NCBI GenBank assembly: GCA_964016885.1
Contig: OZ024761.1
Span: 11,098,001 to 11,162,000, forward strand
Reading direction: 5' to 3'
Length of the DNA: 64,000 nt
Source: Eledone cirrhosa
Lineage: Eukaryota
Positions 50,530 through 62,032 of this stretch are shown one piece after another; the stretch's first letter is position 1; every line of letters starts with the position of its first letter. The position numbers and the translations under genes were made by a program. Under the pieces are notes generated by a model that saw only the letters and a program-made list of their open reading frames with translations, made no database searches and was not told where the DNA came from.

Positions 50530-53500
50530 CACTCTTGAGTGTGTCAGGTCACTCTTGAGTGCTACTGGTACCATGTAAACCAGTACAACCCTCCCACTAT
50601 AAACCTTTCCCGCACAGGTTTCTTCTTTAGCGTGCACTCCCAAAGCCCTGCGGCAATGGGCGAGAGGCGGAGGTAACAGGTGGAGGTAACCTCTGAGTGT
50701 TGCCAGTCTCAAACCCACACGTGGGCGGCCTGGATGTGCAAGTCGTTCTCCTCCTGACCCTGGGATGACAGAGGAGATCAGGCATTCCACTTTTCAGGGG
50801 AGCACTGCTCACCCTCGCACGAGGGGAGGAGCGATAAAAGGAGCCCTAACCAAATGCCCGTCCCACACAAAGCCGGCCAGTCTACCGCAGCTGGCGGTTT
50901 TACCCTTGCAAGCGGTCGAAACCAACATAATAGAAAGAAGAACTTGATTCTTGGCGCATGGAATGTGCGCACCCTCAAGGATAGGGAAACCTCCTTGAGG
51001 CCAGAGAGAACTGCCCTCATAGCAAGGGAATTGGCTCGCTACCGGATCGACATTGCCAAAGAAGGATCAGTAGCAGAACCGAAAGGAGGCTACACCTTAT
51101 TCTGGAAGAGCAATGCAAAGGACGAGGACAGAATCCACGGGGAAGGTCTGGCCATCAGGACTTCACTCTGCAAGCAGCTACCAGACCTCCCAACACCTGT
51201 GAGTGAGCGACTGATGAAGCTCACCCATCTCGGCATGTCACAGTCATCAGCGCGTACGGCCCCCACTCTCACCAGCAGCAATGAAGCAAAGGATGCTTTC
51301 TACGGGGAACTCAACGCACTCATGAAGGGCGTCCCCCCCCCCCCCCTCAAGCGATAAATTCATCCTACTGGGGGACTTCAACGCAAGAGTCGGGTCTGAG
51401 AGCAGCAACTGGAGAGGCATGCTGGGACCCCACGGCACAGGGAAGCTGAACTCTAACGGCCTCATACTGTTGAGTTTCTGCACCGAGAATGACCTCACCA
51501 CCACCAGCACACTGTTCCGCCAGGCAGACAAGTTCAAGACGACATGGATGCATCCCAGATCCAAACAGTGGCATCTGATTGATTTTGTCATATGCCGCAG
51601 GAGGGACATCAGTGACATCAGAATCACCAGGGCCATGCGTGGTGCAGAGTGTTGGACTGACCATTGCCGTGTCAGGACCATCCTGTCACTGCACATCACC
51701 CAGACGCATCGCAAGACTCCGAAAGTCTGTAGGCCAGCTTTCCACGTGGCACAACTCAAGCAGCCAGAGCATCGTGATGCGTTCGCGGAGGTCCTGGATG
51801 GCCGGCTGACTGCCCATGGACCACTGACCGGACCCCCAACTCAACAGTGGGACCAGTTCAGGTCGCTTGTGACAGAGTCAGGCAAGGCAACCATCGGGCC
51901 GAGGAAGAGAGTCCAGCAGGACTGGTTTGATGAAAACGATGAGCGCATCAGACAACTCCTGGACGAGAAGAGGAGGGCTTTCATTGAGTGGCAGAATGAC
52001 AGCTCCTCCACCTCGAAGTACGACTGCTTCAATCACCTCCAGAGGCAGACCCAAGCAGCGCTACGCAGAATGTAGGACAAGTGGTGGGAAAAGAAGGCCG
52101 AAGAAGTCAAGAGATATGCTGACTCAAAGAACTCCAAGATGTTCTTCAGCGCCATCGGGGACGTCTACGGACGCCCCCAAGCCTGTCACCACACCGCTGC
52201 TGTCTGCTGACGGCTCGATCCTGCTGAAGGAGAAGAGCAGCATCAACTCGAGGTGGAGAGAGCACTTCAGCAACCTGCTCAACAGGCCCTCCACTGTCGA
52301 CCCTGCCACCCTCGACCAGGGCCCACAGAAGTCCGTAGTCGACAGCCTCGATCTCCCCCCCACGTTGGATGAAGTCACGAAGGCAATCAACCAGACCAGC
52401 TCAGGAAAGGCTCCTGGGAAGGACGGGATTCCTGCCGAGATCTTCAAGTCGGCCGGTCCAGCTGCCCTGGGGGCCTTCCACACCCTCCTCGTCAGCATAT
52501 GGGAGGAAGGAGAGGTGCCCAAAGACTTCAGGGATGCCACAGTTGTCTCGCTTTTTAAGAACAAAAGCAGCAAAACTGACTGTGGCAACTATCGGGGCAT
52601 CTCTCTCTGTCCATCGCTGGGAAGGTCCTGGGTCGAGTCATGCTCAACCGCCTCATTGCCAACATCTCGGAGGACAACCTGCCTGAGGCCCAGTGTAGGT
52701 TCCGGCCAAACCGCAGCACGATCGACATGATCTTCTCTGTACGCCAGGTGCAGGAGAAGTGTGTTGAGCAGAACATGGACCTCTTTGCCGTCTTCATAGA
52801 CTTGACAAAGGCCTTCGACACTGTCTACAGGGAGGCCCTCTGGTCAATCCTGTCCAAGTTTGGATGCCTGACAAAGTTTGTGAACCTGATACCGCAATTC
52901 CATGACGACATAACCGGGCAGGTGCACTCGGGCGGAGAGGCATCGGAGCCGTTCAGAATCATCAACGGCGTCAAGCAAGGATGCGTGCTGGCTCCCGTCC
53001 TCCTCAACCTGTTCTTCACCTGTGTGTTCAATCATGCCGTCAGGGACCTCGAGCTCGGAGTGTATCTGCGATACAGACTGGACGGCTCCCTGTTTGACCT
53101 GCGACGCCTGACGGCCAAGACAAAGACCGTGCAGAGGATCGTCCTGGAGGCACTTTTTTCTGACGACTGTGCCCTCATGGCCCACAGGGAGTCTGACCTC
53201 CAACTCATCGTCAACAAGTTCGCGGAGGCCTCCTGCCTCTTCAGTCTCACAATTAGCCTTGGCAAGACTGAGGTCCTGTTCCAGCCTGCACCTGCCTCCG
53301 TCACCCACCCTCCTTCCATCTCAGGCACCCAGCTAAAGATGGTGGATGACTCCAAGTACCTCGGCAGTGTCATCAGCAGCGATGGAAGCCTCGACAAGAA
53401 GATAAACACCAGAATCTGCAAGGCCAGTCAAGCCCTCGGCTGCCTGAGGACACGTGTCCTGAACCAGCACAACATCAGGCAGTCCACCAAGCTCAAGGTG

Positions 53501-54135
53501 TACAGGGCCGTTGTTCTCACCAGCCTCCTCTACGGATGTGAGACATGGACCCTGTACAGAAGGCACCTGAAGCAGCTGGAACGGTTCCACATGCGCAGCC
53601 TGCGGTCAATTATGGACATCGAATGGCAGGACAAGGTCTCCAACCTCGAAGTTCTTGACATAGCTGAGACAACCAGTGTCGAAGCTATGATATTGAAGAG
53701 TCAACTCCGATGGGTGGGACATGTCATCTGGATGGACGATCACAGGCTTCCGAAGCAACTGATGTATGGGGAACTCTGTTCGGGGAAATGAAAGCGAGGC
53801 AGGACTCTCAAGAGGTTCAAAGACTGCGTGAAGTCCAGCATCAACAACACTGGAATCGTGTCAAAACAACTCGAGTCCCATGCTCAGGACAGGTCTGAGT
53901 GGCGAGCCCTTACCAGACACGCCAAAGACTCTTTTGAAGAGAAGAGACGGGCAGAGGTCACTGAGGCCCATGAAAGGAGGAGAACGGCATCAACAGCTGC
54001 CCCAAGCGACTCCGGTCTCTTCCCCTGCCCCCGGACCTGCAAGTCAAGGATCGGCCTCCACAGCCACCTTCGTGCCCATGGCAGACGGGAACTAAAGTAA
54101 AGAAGATGTCATCATCGTTTACGATGGACAACCAA
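50530..54135 (+). mobile_element. Near full-length RTE-clade (BovB-like) LINE, inactivated, antisense in GOSR1 intron 1
   Basis: APE domain (GAWNVRTL, LLGDFNARVG, TWMHPRSKQWHLIDF), RT domain (FIDLTKAFDTV, GVKQGCVLAP, LFSDD) and a C-terminal C2H2-like GLHSHLRAH. Several stops and frameshifts. Much more GC-rich than its flanks. Confidence 0.95.
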
Positions 54136-55760
54136 GAAAGGATGTGTGTATGTGTGTATATTTGTGTCTATTTGTGTGTATGTATGTGTGTGTGTGTATG
54201 TGTGTATGAGTGTATGTGTCTGTGTGCCTGTGTTTGATACTTTACATTCTGAGTTCAAATCCTGCCAAGGTCAACTTTACCTTTCATCCTTCTGGGGTTG
54301 ATAAAATAAAGTATCAGTAACATACTGGTGTCAATGTAGTCAACTCCCCAACCAAAAATTTCTGGCAGTATCAGTAGAGCGTCGAACATAGAGTTACGGC
54401 CCTTTACGCTCTGAGTTCAAATCCAGCCGAGGTGAGCTTTGCCTTTCATCCTTATGGGAGTCGACAAATAAAGCACCAGTAATGTACTGGGGTCGATTTA
54501 ACCCTTTAGCATTTAAACCGGAATGTCTTTAACAATGATCGGAGCAGTGATAGCTGTTAGTTGGAATGTCTTTAACCCTAGGTCTACTCAATCAGGCATG
54601 ACCTCAAACTAAACAACCACAAATTAACCCTACCCCCCACCCATAACGGCCCGGGAGGGGCTCTATAAAATGAGAACAGCTGAGCCACAGAAGACTGCGT
54701 GTGTGAGTGTGTTTAATTAGTTGCCTGACCTCAAAAATTTAATATTCAATTCATATCTGATAATATAATTGTTTCTACTTTAGGCACAAGGCCAGCAATC
54801 ACCCAGTGCATTACTGGTACTTTATTTTATCGACCCCGTAAGGATGAAAGGCAAAGTTAACCTCGGCGGGATTTGAACTCAGATCATAAAGGGACGTAAC
54901 TATGCTGGAAAGCATGGCGTCTGACCCTCTACCGATACTGCCAATCCACCGCCATATCTGATAATATATTGAGCACCTGTAAAGGTATAACTATATAGTG
55001 TGTGTGTATGTATGTCAAAGTATAACTATATATAGTGTGTGTGTGTATGTAAAGGTGTAACTATATAGTGTGTGTGTATGTATGTCAAAGTATAACTATA
55101 TATAGTGTGTGTGTGTATGTAAAGGTGTAACTATATAGTGTGTGTGTATGTATGTCAAAGTATAACTATATATAGTGTGTGTGTGTATGTAAAGGTGTAA
55201 CTATATAGTGTGTGTGTGTAAAGGTATAACTATATATAGTGTGTGTGTGTGTGTATGTAAAGGTATAACTATATAGTGTGTGTGTGTTTAAAAGTATAAC
55301 TATATATAGTGTGTGTGTGTGTGTGTGTAAAGGTATAATTATATATATAGTGTGTGTGTGTGTGTAAAGTTCTGACTATATGGAAGGAGCCTAGGTCAAG
55401 ATATATATATTCACCAGCAACATTTCAACTTCAGTGTTTCTACAGACCACAAACAAAACGAACCGATTCATCAGAGGTGTAAAATCCGTCCGTCCGTCCG
55501 TCCGACCCCTCCCCCCTCTTTGGTTTTATTGTTACCCGTCGTTGCCGGACACACCTTTCACCATTGTAAATAAAGATCAATTCTCTCTCATCAACAGGAC
55601 TGTCTTTAAATAGCCTCAGAACTCTGCTATTTTAGGGGAGAGGAAGATTTCGACTATATGTTGACATGCCCCGGGAGCTAAATAACCTATGTATCAAATT
55701 TGAACAAAATCAGGTGAAAATTGTGGAAATGCGCCGCCTGCATACAGACAGACGGACATT

Positions 55761-55809
<49 letters not shown>

Positions 55810-56510
55810 TCAGACATACGATATGTATTATTGAGGCAGAAACAATTCTTTCTAGTTTAGGTAGAAAGAATTATACAAAGCCAGTAACTTGTGGGGAGGA
55901 GAAAGTCGATTATAACTACCTCCGTAGTTTACTGGTACTTATAAAGTAAATTCTTACTAACACATTCGTCTCGGAAACGGATGTAATGGTATTTTTTAAA
56001 AAAAGAAGAAAATGACGGGTGGTTAGAACTTTGTATGTGAAATCAATGTTTTTTCTATGATTTTTTAAATTGTTTTGAAGGAATATGGCCTTCAAAACAA
56101 TCGTAAATTACTCGTTTTCTGGGGTTACCCCACCCCACCCGTAACAAGACTTTATGATAAAACATTTACCGTGTTTCATGTTTTCCATCTCGCTGGAATA
56201 AAAGACAAAGTTGACATGGGTGGGATTTGAACTCAGAACTTAAAGATCCGAAATAAAAGCCAGGAAAGGAAATTTATGATAAAAACAAACAAAGCGAAAA
56301 ACAAGAGAACGATGACACACGAATTGTGAAAAACTTCCAAAGCACCACATAAACAACGGAATAACACAGATTTCCCTGTACTAATAACCACAAGAAGACT
56401 TCGATCGTATGGTTGCAATACCATTACAAACAATGGTGATGTGTTTATGGAGCTAGAAGCTGTCAGAAAGACGAAAATTACATAAAAGTGAATGAAAGAG
56501 ATTCACAAAC

Positions 56511-56538
56511 CTTCCCAACGATTCCCCATCTCCGCCAT
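56511..56538 (-). CDS. GOSR1: GOSR1 (GS28, Golgi SNAP receptor complex member 1) coding exon 1: MAEMGNRWE + phase-1 G
   Basis: Minus strand ATG GCG GAG ATG GGG AAT CGT TGG GAA G|gtttgt. Joins exon 2 to give WEDLRRQARQLENE, matching the GOSR1 N-terminus (human YWEDLRKQARQLENE). An in-frame ATG at 56553 could add MLTDV. Confidence 0.88.
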
Positions 56539-56556
56539 TACGTCTGTTAACATAAC

Positions 56557-56574
56557 AGCAATGCACCATGGGAA
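56557..56574 (-). promoter_or_regulatory. ZNF143/Staf binding site (SBS)-like motif
   Basis: Minus strand TTCCCATGGTGCATTGCT fits the SBS consensus YYCCCANNRTNCNYYRCR at 17/18 positions, about 20-36 nt upstream of the GOSR1 ATG. Confidence 0.55.
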
Positions 56575-57121
56575 GTCCAAATGGATCCACTGTAAAAAAA
56601 ATATCAATTCTTTTCTTTTTCTTCTGTTATGTTTATAGTTTTGTTTAGTTTTAGTTTACTTTGCTTTGATGGCGATCCTTCGTAAGCGGTAGACGAATTG
56701 TAAACAAACAGACATAACGCATTCCGTCTTTCTCCGCCGGCAAGTTCACTGTCCGTACGTAGTCGGTAAACAGGTTGTTCGTATGTTTTTGATTTATTTT
56801 TGGTAATTTTCAAACAGCAGTTTTCTTTATCATTGTTTTCCCTACAAAACCAATTCTGTTATTTGCTCGTTATCATTAAATGTCAATGCTAACTACTTGA
56901 CCAGATAAAATGAATTGTTGGGTCAAGTTACGGAGAATGACGGAATATGTCGATAAGTTTGTTTTCATTTCGTTTACCACTTATGAAGGATCGCTGCTTT
57001 TAGTTTATAATGTAATACCTGTATGTTTACATATTTTAGTAAAAGGCTTGGATTAAAAAAAATGTTCACTTTATTTTTAATGACTTTTGTAGATTTTTAG
57101 TCGTCCGTACGTTGTCGTTTT

Positions 57122-57184
57122 TGACGTGGCTACGTGTACAGCTAGTTGACAGCAGCTGGAGGGGTTGACGTCACAACACGTGAC
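57122..57184. promoter_or_regulatory. bZIP/bHLH motif cluster upstream of GOSR1: TGACGTGGC (UPRE/GASE-like), TACGTG, TGACGTCA (CRE), CACGTGAC (E-box/CLEAR-like)
   Basis: Four ACGT-core sites within 63 bp in a locally CpG-rich, non-repetitive region about 590-650 bp upstream of the ATG. Confidence 0.55.
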
Positions 57185-57229
57185 CAGATGTTGGGCGTTT
57201 GTCAAGATTGATTTTTAGTCGTCTGCTTA

Positions 57230-57530
57230 TCTATCTATTTATCTGATAGTCTATCAATCTATTTATCCGATAGTCTATCAATCTATTTATCTGATAGTCT
57301 ATCAATCTATTTATCCGATAGTCTATCAATCTATTTATCTGATAGTCTATCAATCTATTTATCCGATAGTCTATCAATCTATTTATCTGATAGTCTATCA
57401 ATCTATTTATCTGATAGTCTATCTAGTTATCTGACTGTCTATCAATCTAGTTATCTGACTGTCTATCAATCTAGTTATCTGACAGTCTATCTATTTATCT
57501 TTCTGTCCGTCTATTATCTCTTTATCTGAC
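57230..57530. repeat. 24-bp (TCTA-based) minisatellite
   Basis: Unit tctatcaatctatttatctgatag. Confidence 0.9.
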
Positions 57531-59196
57531 TGTCTATCTACTACCTCTCTCTATATATATCTATCTGTCTGTCTATCAATCTATTTAGTAACCTACATCT
57601 GATCTCCCACACTACAGCTCTCCTACCCAACCCATATCTACAAACATGAAAGCTGGACACGTTCTTTGTCTGAGCTCACACTTTGCAATTGCCATGACAA
57701 AAGCACCCAGTCTACCACGTATTGCGGTCTTGTTGGTGACACGAGAAAAAGCACCCAGTCCACCCTGTATTGCGGTCTTGTTGGTGACATGAGAAAAAAG
57801 CACCCAGTCCACCCTGTATTGCGGTCTTGTTGGTGACATGAGAAAAAAGCACCCAGTCCACTATGTTAGATAATCGTTTTGGTGCCAGGATAAGGAGCAC
57901 CCACTCAACACTATGACGTGGTTGATATTAGGAAGGGCCTACAAGTGTGGAAACCAAGCTAATATAGATTTGTATGAGCAAGATATGGTCTCCTTGGGCT
58001 AGTGCCACAATAAAATCCATATGGGACTGTATGCAAGCAAGATACAGACCCTCGGCTTGTCTGGGATGTCAGTATTGACACCATCAGTAAAGACCCACCC
58101 GACCTTTGCTTATAGGTAAAGTGGACGTTAAATGATGATACACACACACACACACACAATTAGGTATTTATGGCCATCAACTTACCAATTCGAAATGGGG
58201 TTCCCCTGAAGGGTTTTTGGAATAATGTTACTCAATAGAGTGCATAGCTTGGAGATGAGAGTCATTCCAGGTAGAGCTGCTACTTCTCCAAATTGAGAGA
58301 TCACAGCTCTGATATTACAGGCAAAAACCAACTGGCAGGAGACGCAGAGATAGACCCTGAGCAAGATGGTTGGCTAACATTCATGAGCATAGCTGGTCTT
58401 GCTCGGGGATCCAGCCAGATCAGTTGGAGACGGTTCCTTCTGACAGGACCTGCAGGAAGGAGTGTTTAAGGACTCTGCCAGGAATAAGTGGACTAAAAAG
58501 TTACCAATTCTATCATCATTTTACGTCCGCTTTTCCCTGCTTGCAAGGGTGGGACGGGAACTGATTCTGGCTTGATTTCTACAGCTGGATGCCCTTCCTA
58601 ACACCAACTTCATTTACAGTGAGTGCTGGGTGCTTTTTTGCCATGGCACCTCCACGACCACTTTGCAGTGAGGTCCCTATCATCTCATTTCTACAGCTGA
58701 GTAAACTGGAGCAATGTGAAATAAAGTGTCTTGCTCAAGGAAACAACACATCACCCGGTCTGAGAATTGAACTCACAACCTTTCAATTGCAAGGCCAATG
58801 CTCTAACCACTAAGCCATGTGCCTCTATAATTGAAATAATAAAACACAACTGACACCCTCATATAAAGTTCATATTTTATTTTCTCAGATAATTTTGAGC
58901 ATAGGAAAAAAAAAAAATGGTTTTACTGCACATATATGGTGAGATATTTCTATAGAACAGATAAAAAAAATGTTGGTGAATATGTGTTTTCTTTTTTTTG
59001 TGAAGATTTTTAAAATTATTTGTTTTTTTTTCCATTCTTTTCTTGATAGCTTATTAAAAAATGTTGAATAATTTTTTTTACTATTTTTTTTCTTCTGAGT
59101 AACGAAGATAAGACAGAAAAAAAAAATCATTGAGGGGGAGGGAAAGATGGTTGTAAAGAAAAGAAGGGACAAGGGTATAAATAAGGGATAGCTAGT

Positions 59197-59232
<36 letters not shown>

Positions 59233-59280
59233 CACTTTCTTTTTGTTCTTTTCCTGCCTGTTTCAAAAATGATTCTTCAC

Positions 59281-59468
59281 TTAACCCTCTTGGCATCAGA
59301 CTGCCTCTGAACCCGTCCCAGATTCTACTGTACAGACTATATTTTCAAGTGTTTATTATACATTTCTCTGACAACTTTCCATCATAATTTTATGTAAGAA
59401 CCATTGTTAAGTTATGTTCCAAACACCAGCTTAATAATGAAGAAGTTTAAGATTAAGAAATCTTTCAA

Positions 59469-59499
<31 letters not shown>

Positions 59500-59572
59500 C
59501 TAAAGGGATTTCCAAAATGATCTGAGAAGCAGACTGTATTTCATATTAGAAATATGACAACAAAAGGGTTAA
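59281..59572. mobile_element. TTAA-flanked piggyBac-like MITE
   Basis: ttaa-ccctctt ... aaaaggg-ttaa. The right end is similar to the reverse complement of the 45-bp minisatellite unit. Confidence 0.6.
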
Positions 59573-60101
59573 GGAATTTTGGTGCTTGCTTGATTTTTTG
59601 TCGTTTTTTTTAAACCTTTTTATCTATTTTTTAATATTATTATTATTATTAGTTTATTTATTTGGTTTAAGTTTTCATCAAATTTTTTTATTTTTGTAAA
59701 TTATTTTCCTGTGAAGTGTATTTAAGGGAGGAGAAAACAAAGGATCCCAGTTTAAAATACACTAGAAATAATTAGGAAGGGAGGGAGATCTTGTAGCGAG
59801 GAAGGGTTTAACAAAAGACAAGAACATACTCTTGTAATTTTTACTGGTTTCAGTCATTTGACAATGGCCATGCTGGGGCACCCCCATGTCAATCACATCA
59901 ACCGCAGTACTTATTCTTTTCAATTCTGCTACTATATATATATATATGTGTATATATACATATTTTTACATTGATCTCTCTTGTCAAACTGCTATGGTAC
60001 AGGACACACATTATATATACATATATACATATATAATCATACATAAACACATAAAAAGGTTTTTGTGTAGTTTCTATCTATCATGTGTGTGTATCTATCT
60101 A

Positions 60102-60163
<62 letters not shown>

Positions 60164-61249
60164 TTGTCTTGATAATTTCAGATATATTTTATTAAACTGG
60201 GAGAAGGGAAGGGGTTTAAAATAAGAAGACACATCAAGGTATACACTTGTGGCATTTTGGAGAGAAAGAGAAGGGTCAGAACATTGGAAGAGAAGAAAAG
60301 GGGGACAAAAGGAAGAATTTTCCAGGACATTCCACTTCATTTACACACACACACACTCCTTATTCATTTAGCAAACATGTTTTCATCTTTCTCTCCCCCT
60401 TTTGGGTTAATATTTTATTTTTTATTTAATGTTTAAATTTAAAAAATAAAATTTCTTTTAAACCTAAAATTTAAATTGAAATTTATGAAATAAATGTTTT
60501 ATTAATTAAACAGATTTTAATTAATTTAATTTGTTTAGGGGGAGGTGTGCAAAAGTGTCCCACCTTCTCAAGCTCAATGGGTAGACTAAAATAATGTTTT
60601 TCAACTTCGTTCTGGACATTTAATAAATAAATCTGTTGTTTTGTTGCTTCTTTATTCATTTTATTAAAACAAATAAATGACAGCAGAGAAAGGAATGATG
60701 CAACTATGTATATACATATATACACACACATTAATATATATATATATATGTATATATACACACACACACATTACCCTTTAGCATTTACATTCATCTATAT
60801 TTACTATAGTATTTTATCTCATAATATCAAATCTATGAGACTTTTGATATTTATTTTGAGAACAATACCTTAACATCAGTACAAGTGGCCAGTTACGGCT
60901 GGTTTGAACAGAAAGAGGTAAGAGAATTCTGGCCGGATATGACCAGTTTAAATGCTAAAGGGCTAATAAATATATATATATGTATATATATATATATCTG
61001 ATGGAATGGAGAGAGAAAGGAATGAAGAGAGAAGAACTAAACCATAAACCAAAGTGTCATTTTAAGAAAGATATTCTTTCACTGGTTTCTGTCAGTAGAC
61101 TGCGACCATGCTGGGGCACCACTTTGCTTTAGTCTGGTACGTATGTAACAGATCTCTTATATATCAAACCAAAGTTAAGGGGGACATAAACAGACTCAAT
61201 AGACGGGCTTATTATAGTTGCTGTCTACCAAATTTCACTGACAAGGGAA

Positions 61250-61385
61250 CGACTGGTCAACTTGCCCTCATGGTCACACAGGGAACTAGTTAACTTGCCC
61301 TCATGGCCACACAGGGAACTGGTTAACTTGCCCTCATGGCCACACAGGGAACTGGTCAACTTGCTCTCATGGCCACACAGGGAAC
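61250..61385. repeat. 30-bp tandem repeat x~4
   Basis: Unit actggtYaacttgccctcatggccacacaggga-type. Confidence 0.88.
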
Positions 61386-61988
61386 AAAGAATAAATTAAA
61401 TATGGTTGTTGTGAATGTGTTGGGGTCAGGTGTACAAGGGGTGGGGGTGAGGACTGGAAGGAGAAGGGGTGCAAAGAGGGGATATACAAGAGCTCCATAT
61501 GAGGGTAAAGAGAGGCTTTTGAGAAACAATGTGAGAATGAGGGTAACTAGGGGAGGTGTTTAGACAGCCTGGGTGAAAAGGAACGATATATATATACACA
61601 CATATATATATACATATACATATATACATACATATATATACAAACACATACATACACATATATATATACATACACTTATATATACATACACATATATATA
61701 TACATATATATATATTTCAACAAAGAGGTCAGATATGTATTTTGTACATATATATAAAAAGCACATAATATTCCCATATGAATGTGTGTGTATGTATAAA
61801 CGTGCATGTGTGTGTGTGTATGTGTATGTGCATGAATGAGTCTGCACACATTTTGCCTTCAAGTAAAACCTTGTTTAAACATATGCTTATTTGTTTTATT
61901 ATTACACATACACACATGTGTGTGCATATAATATATATATATATGCATGTATGTTTGCATAAACATTAAATGATGGTGAAGAAGAATG

Positions 61989-62032
<44 letters not shown>

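Noticed and set aside
50528-50700. HDV-like ribozyme at the RTE 5' end
   Set aside because: Known for some RTE elements, but I could not assemble the nested double pseudoknot by eye; a covariance search is needed.
55400-55760. Helentron/HINE-like element (gtcc and acag repeats, tcaaatttgaacaaaatc)
   Set aside because: Suggestive only; termini could not be defined.
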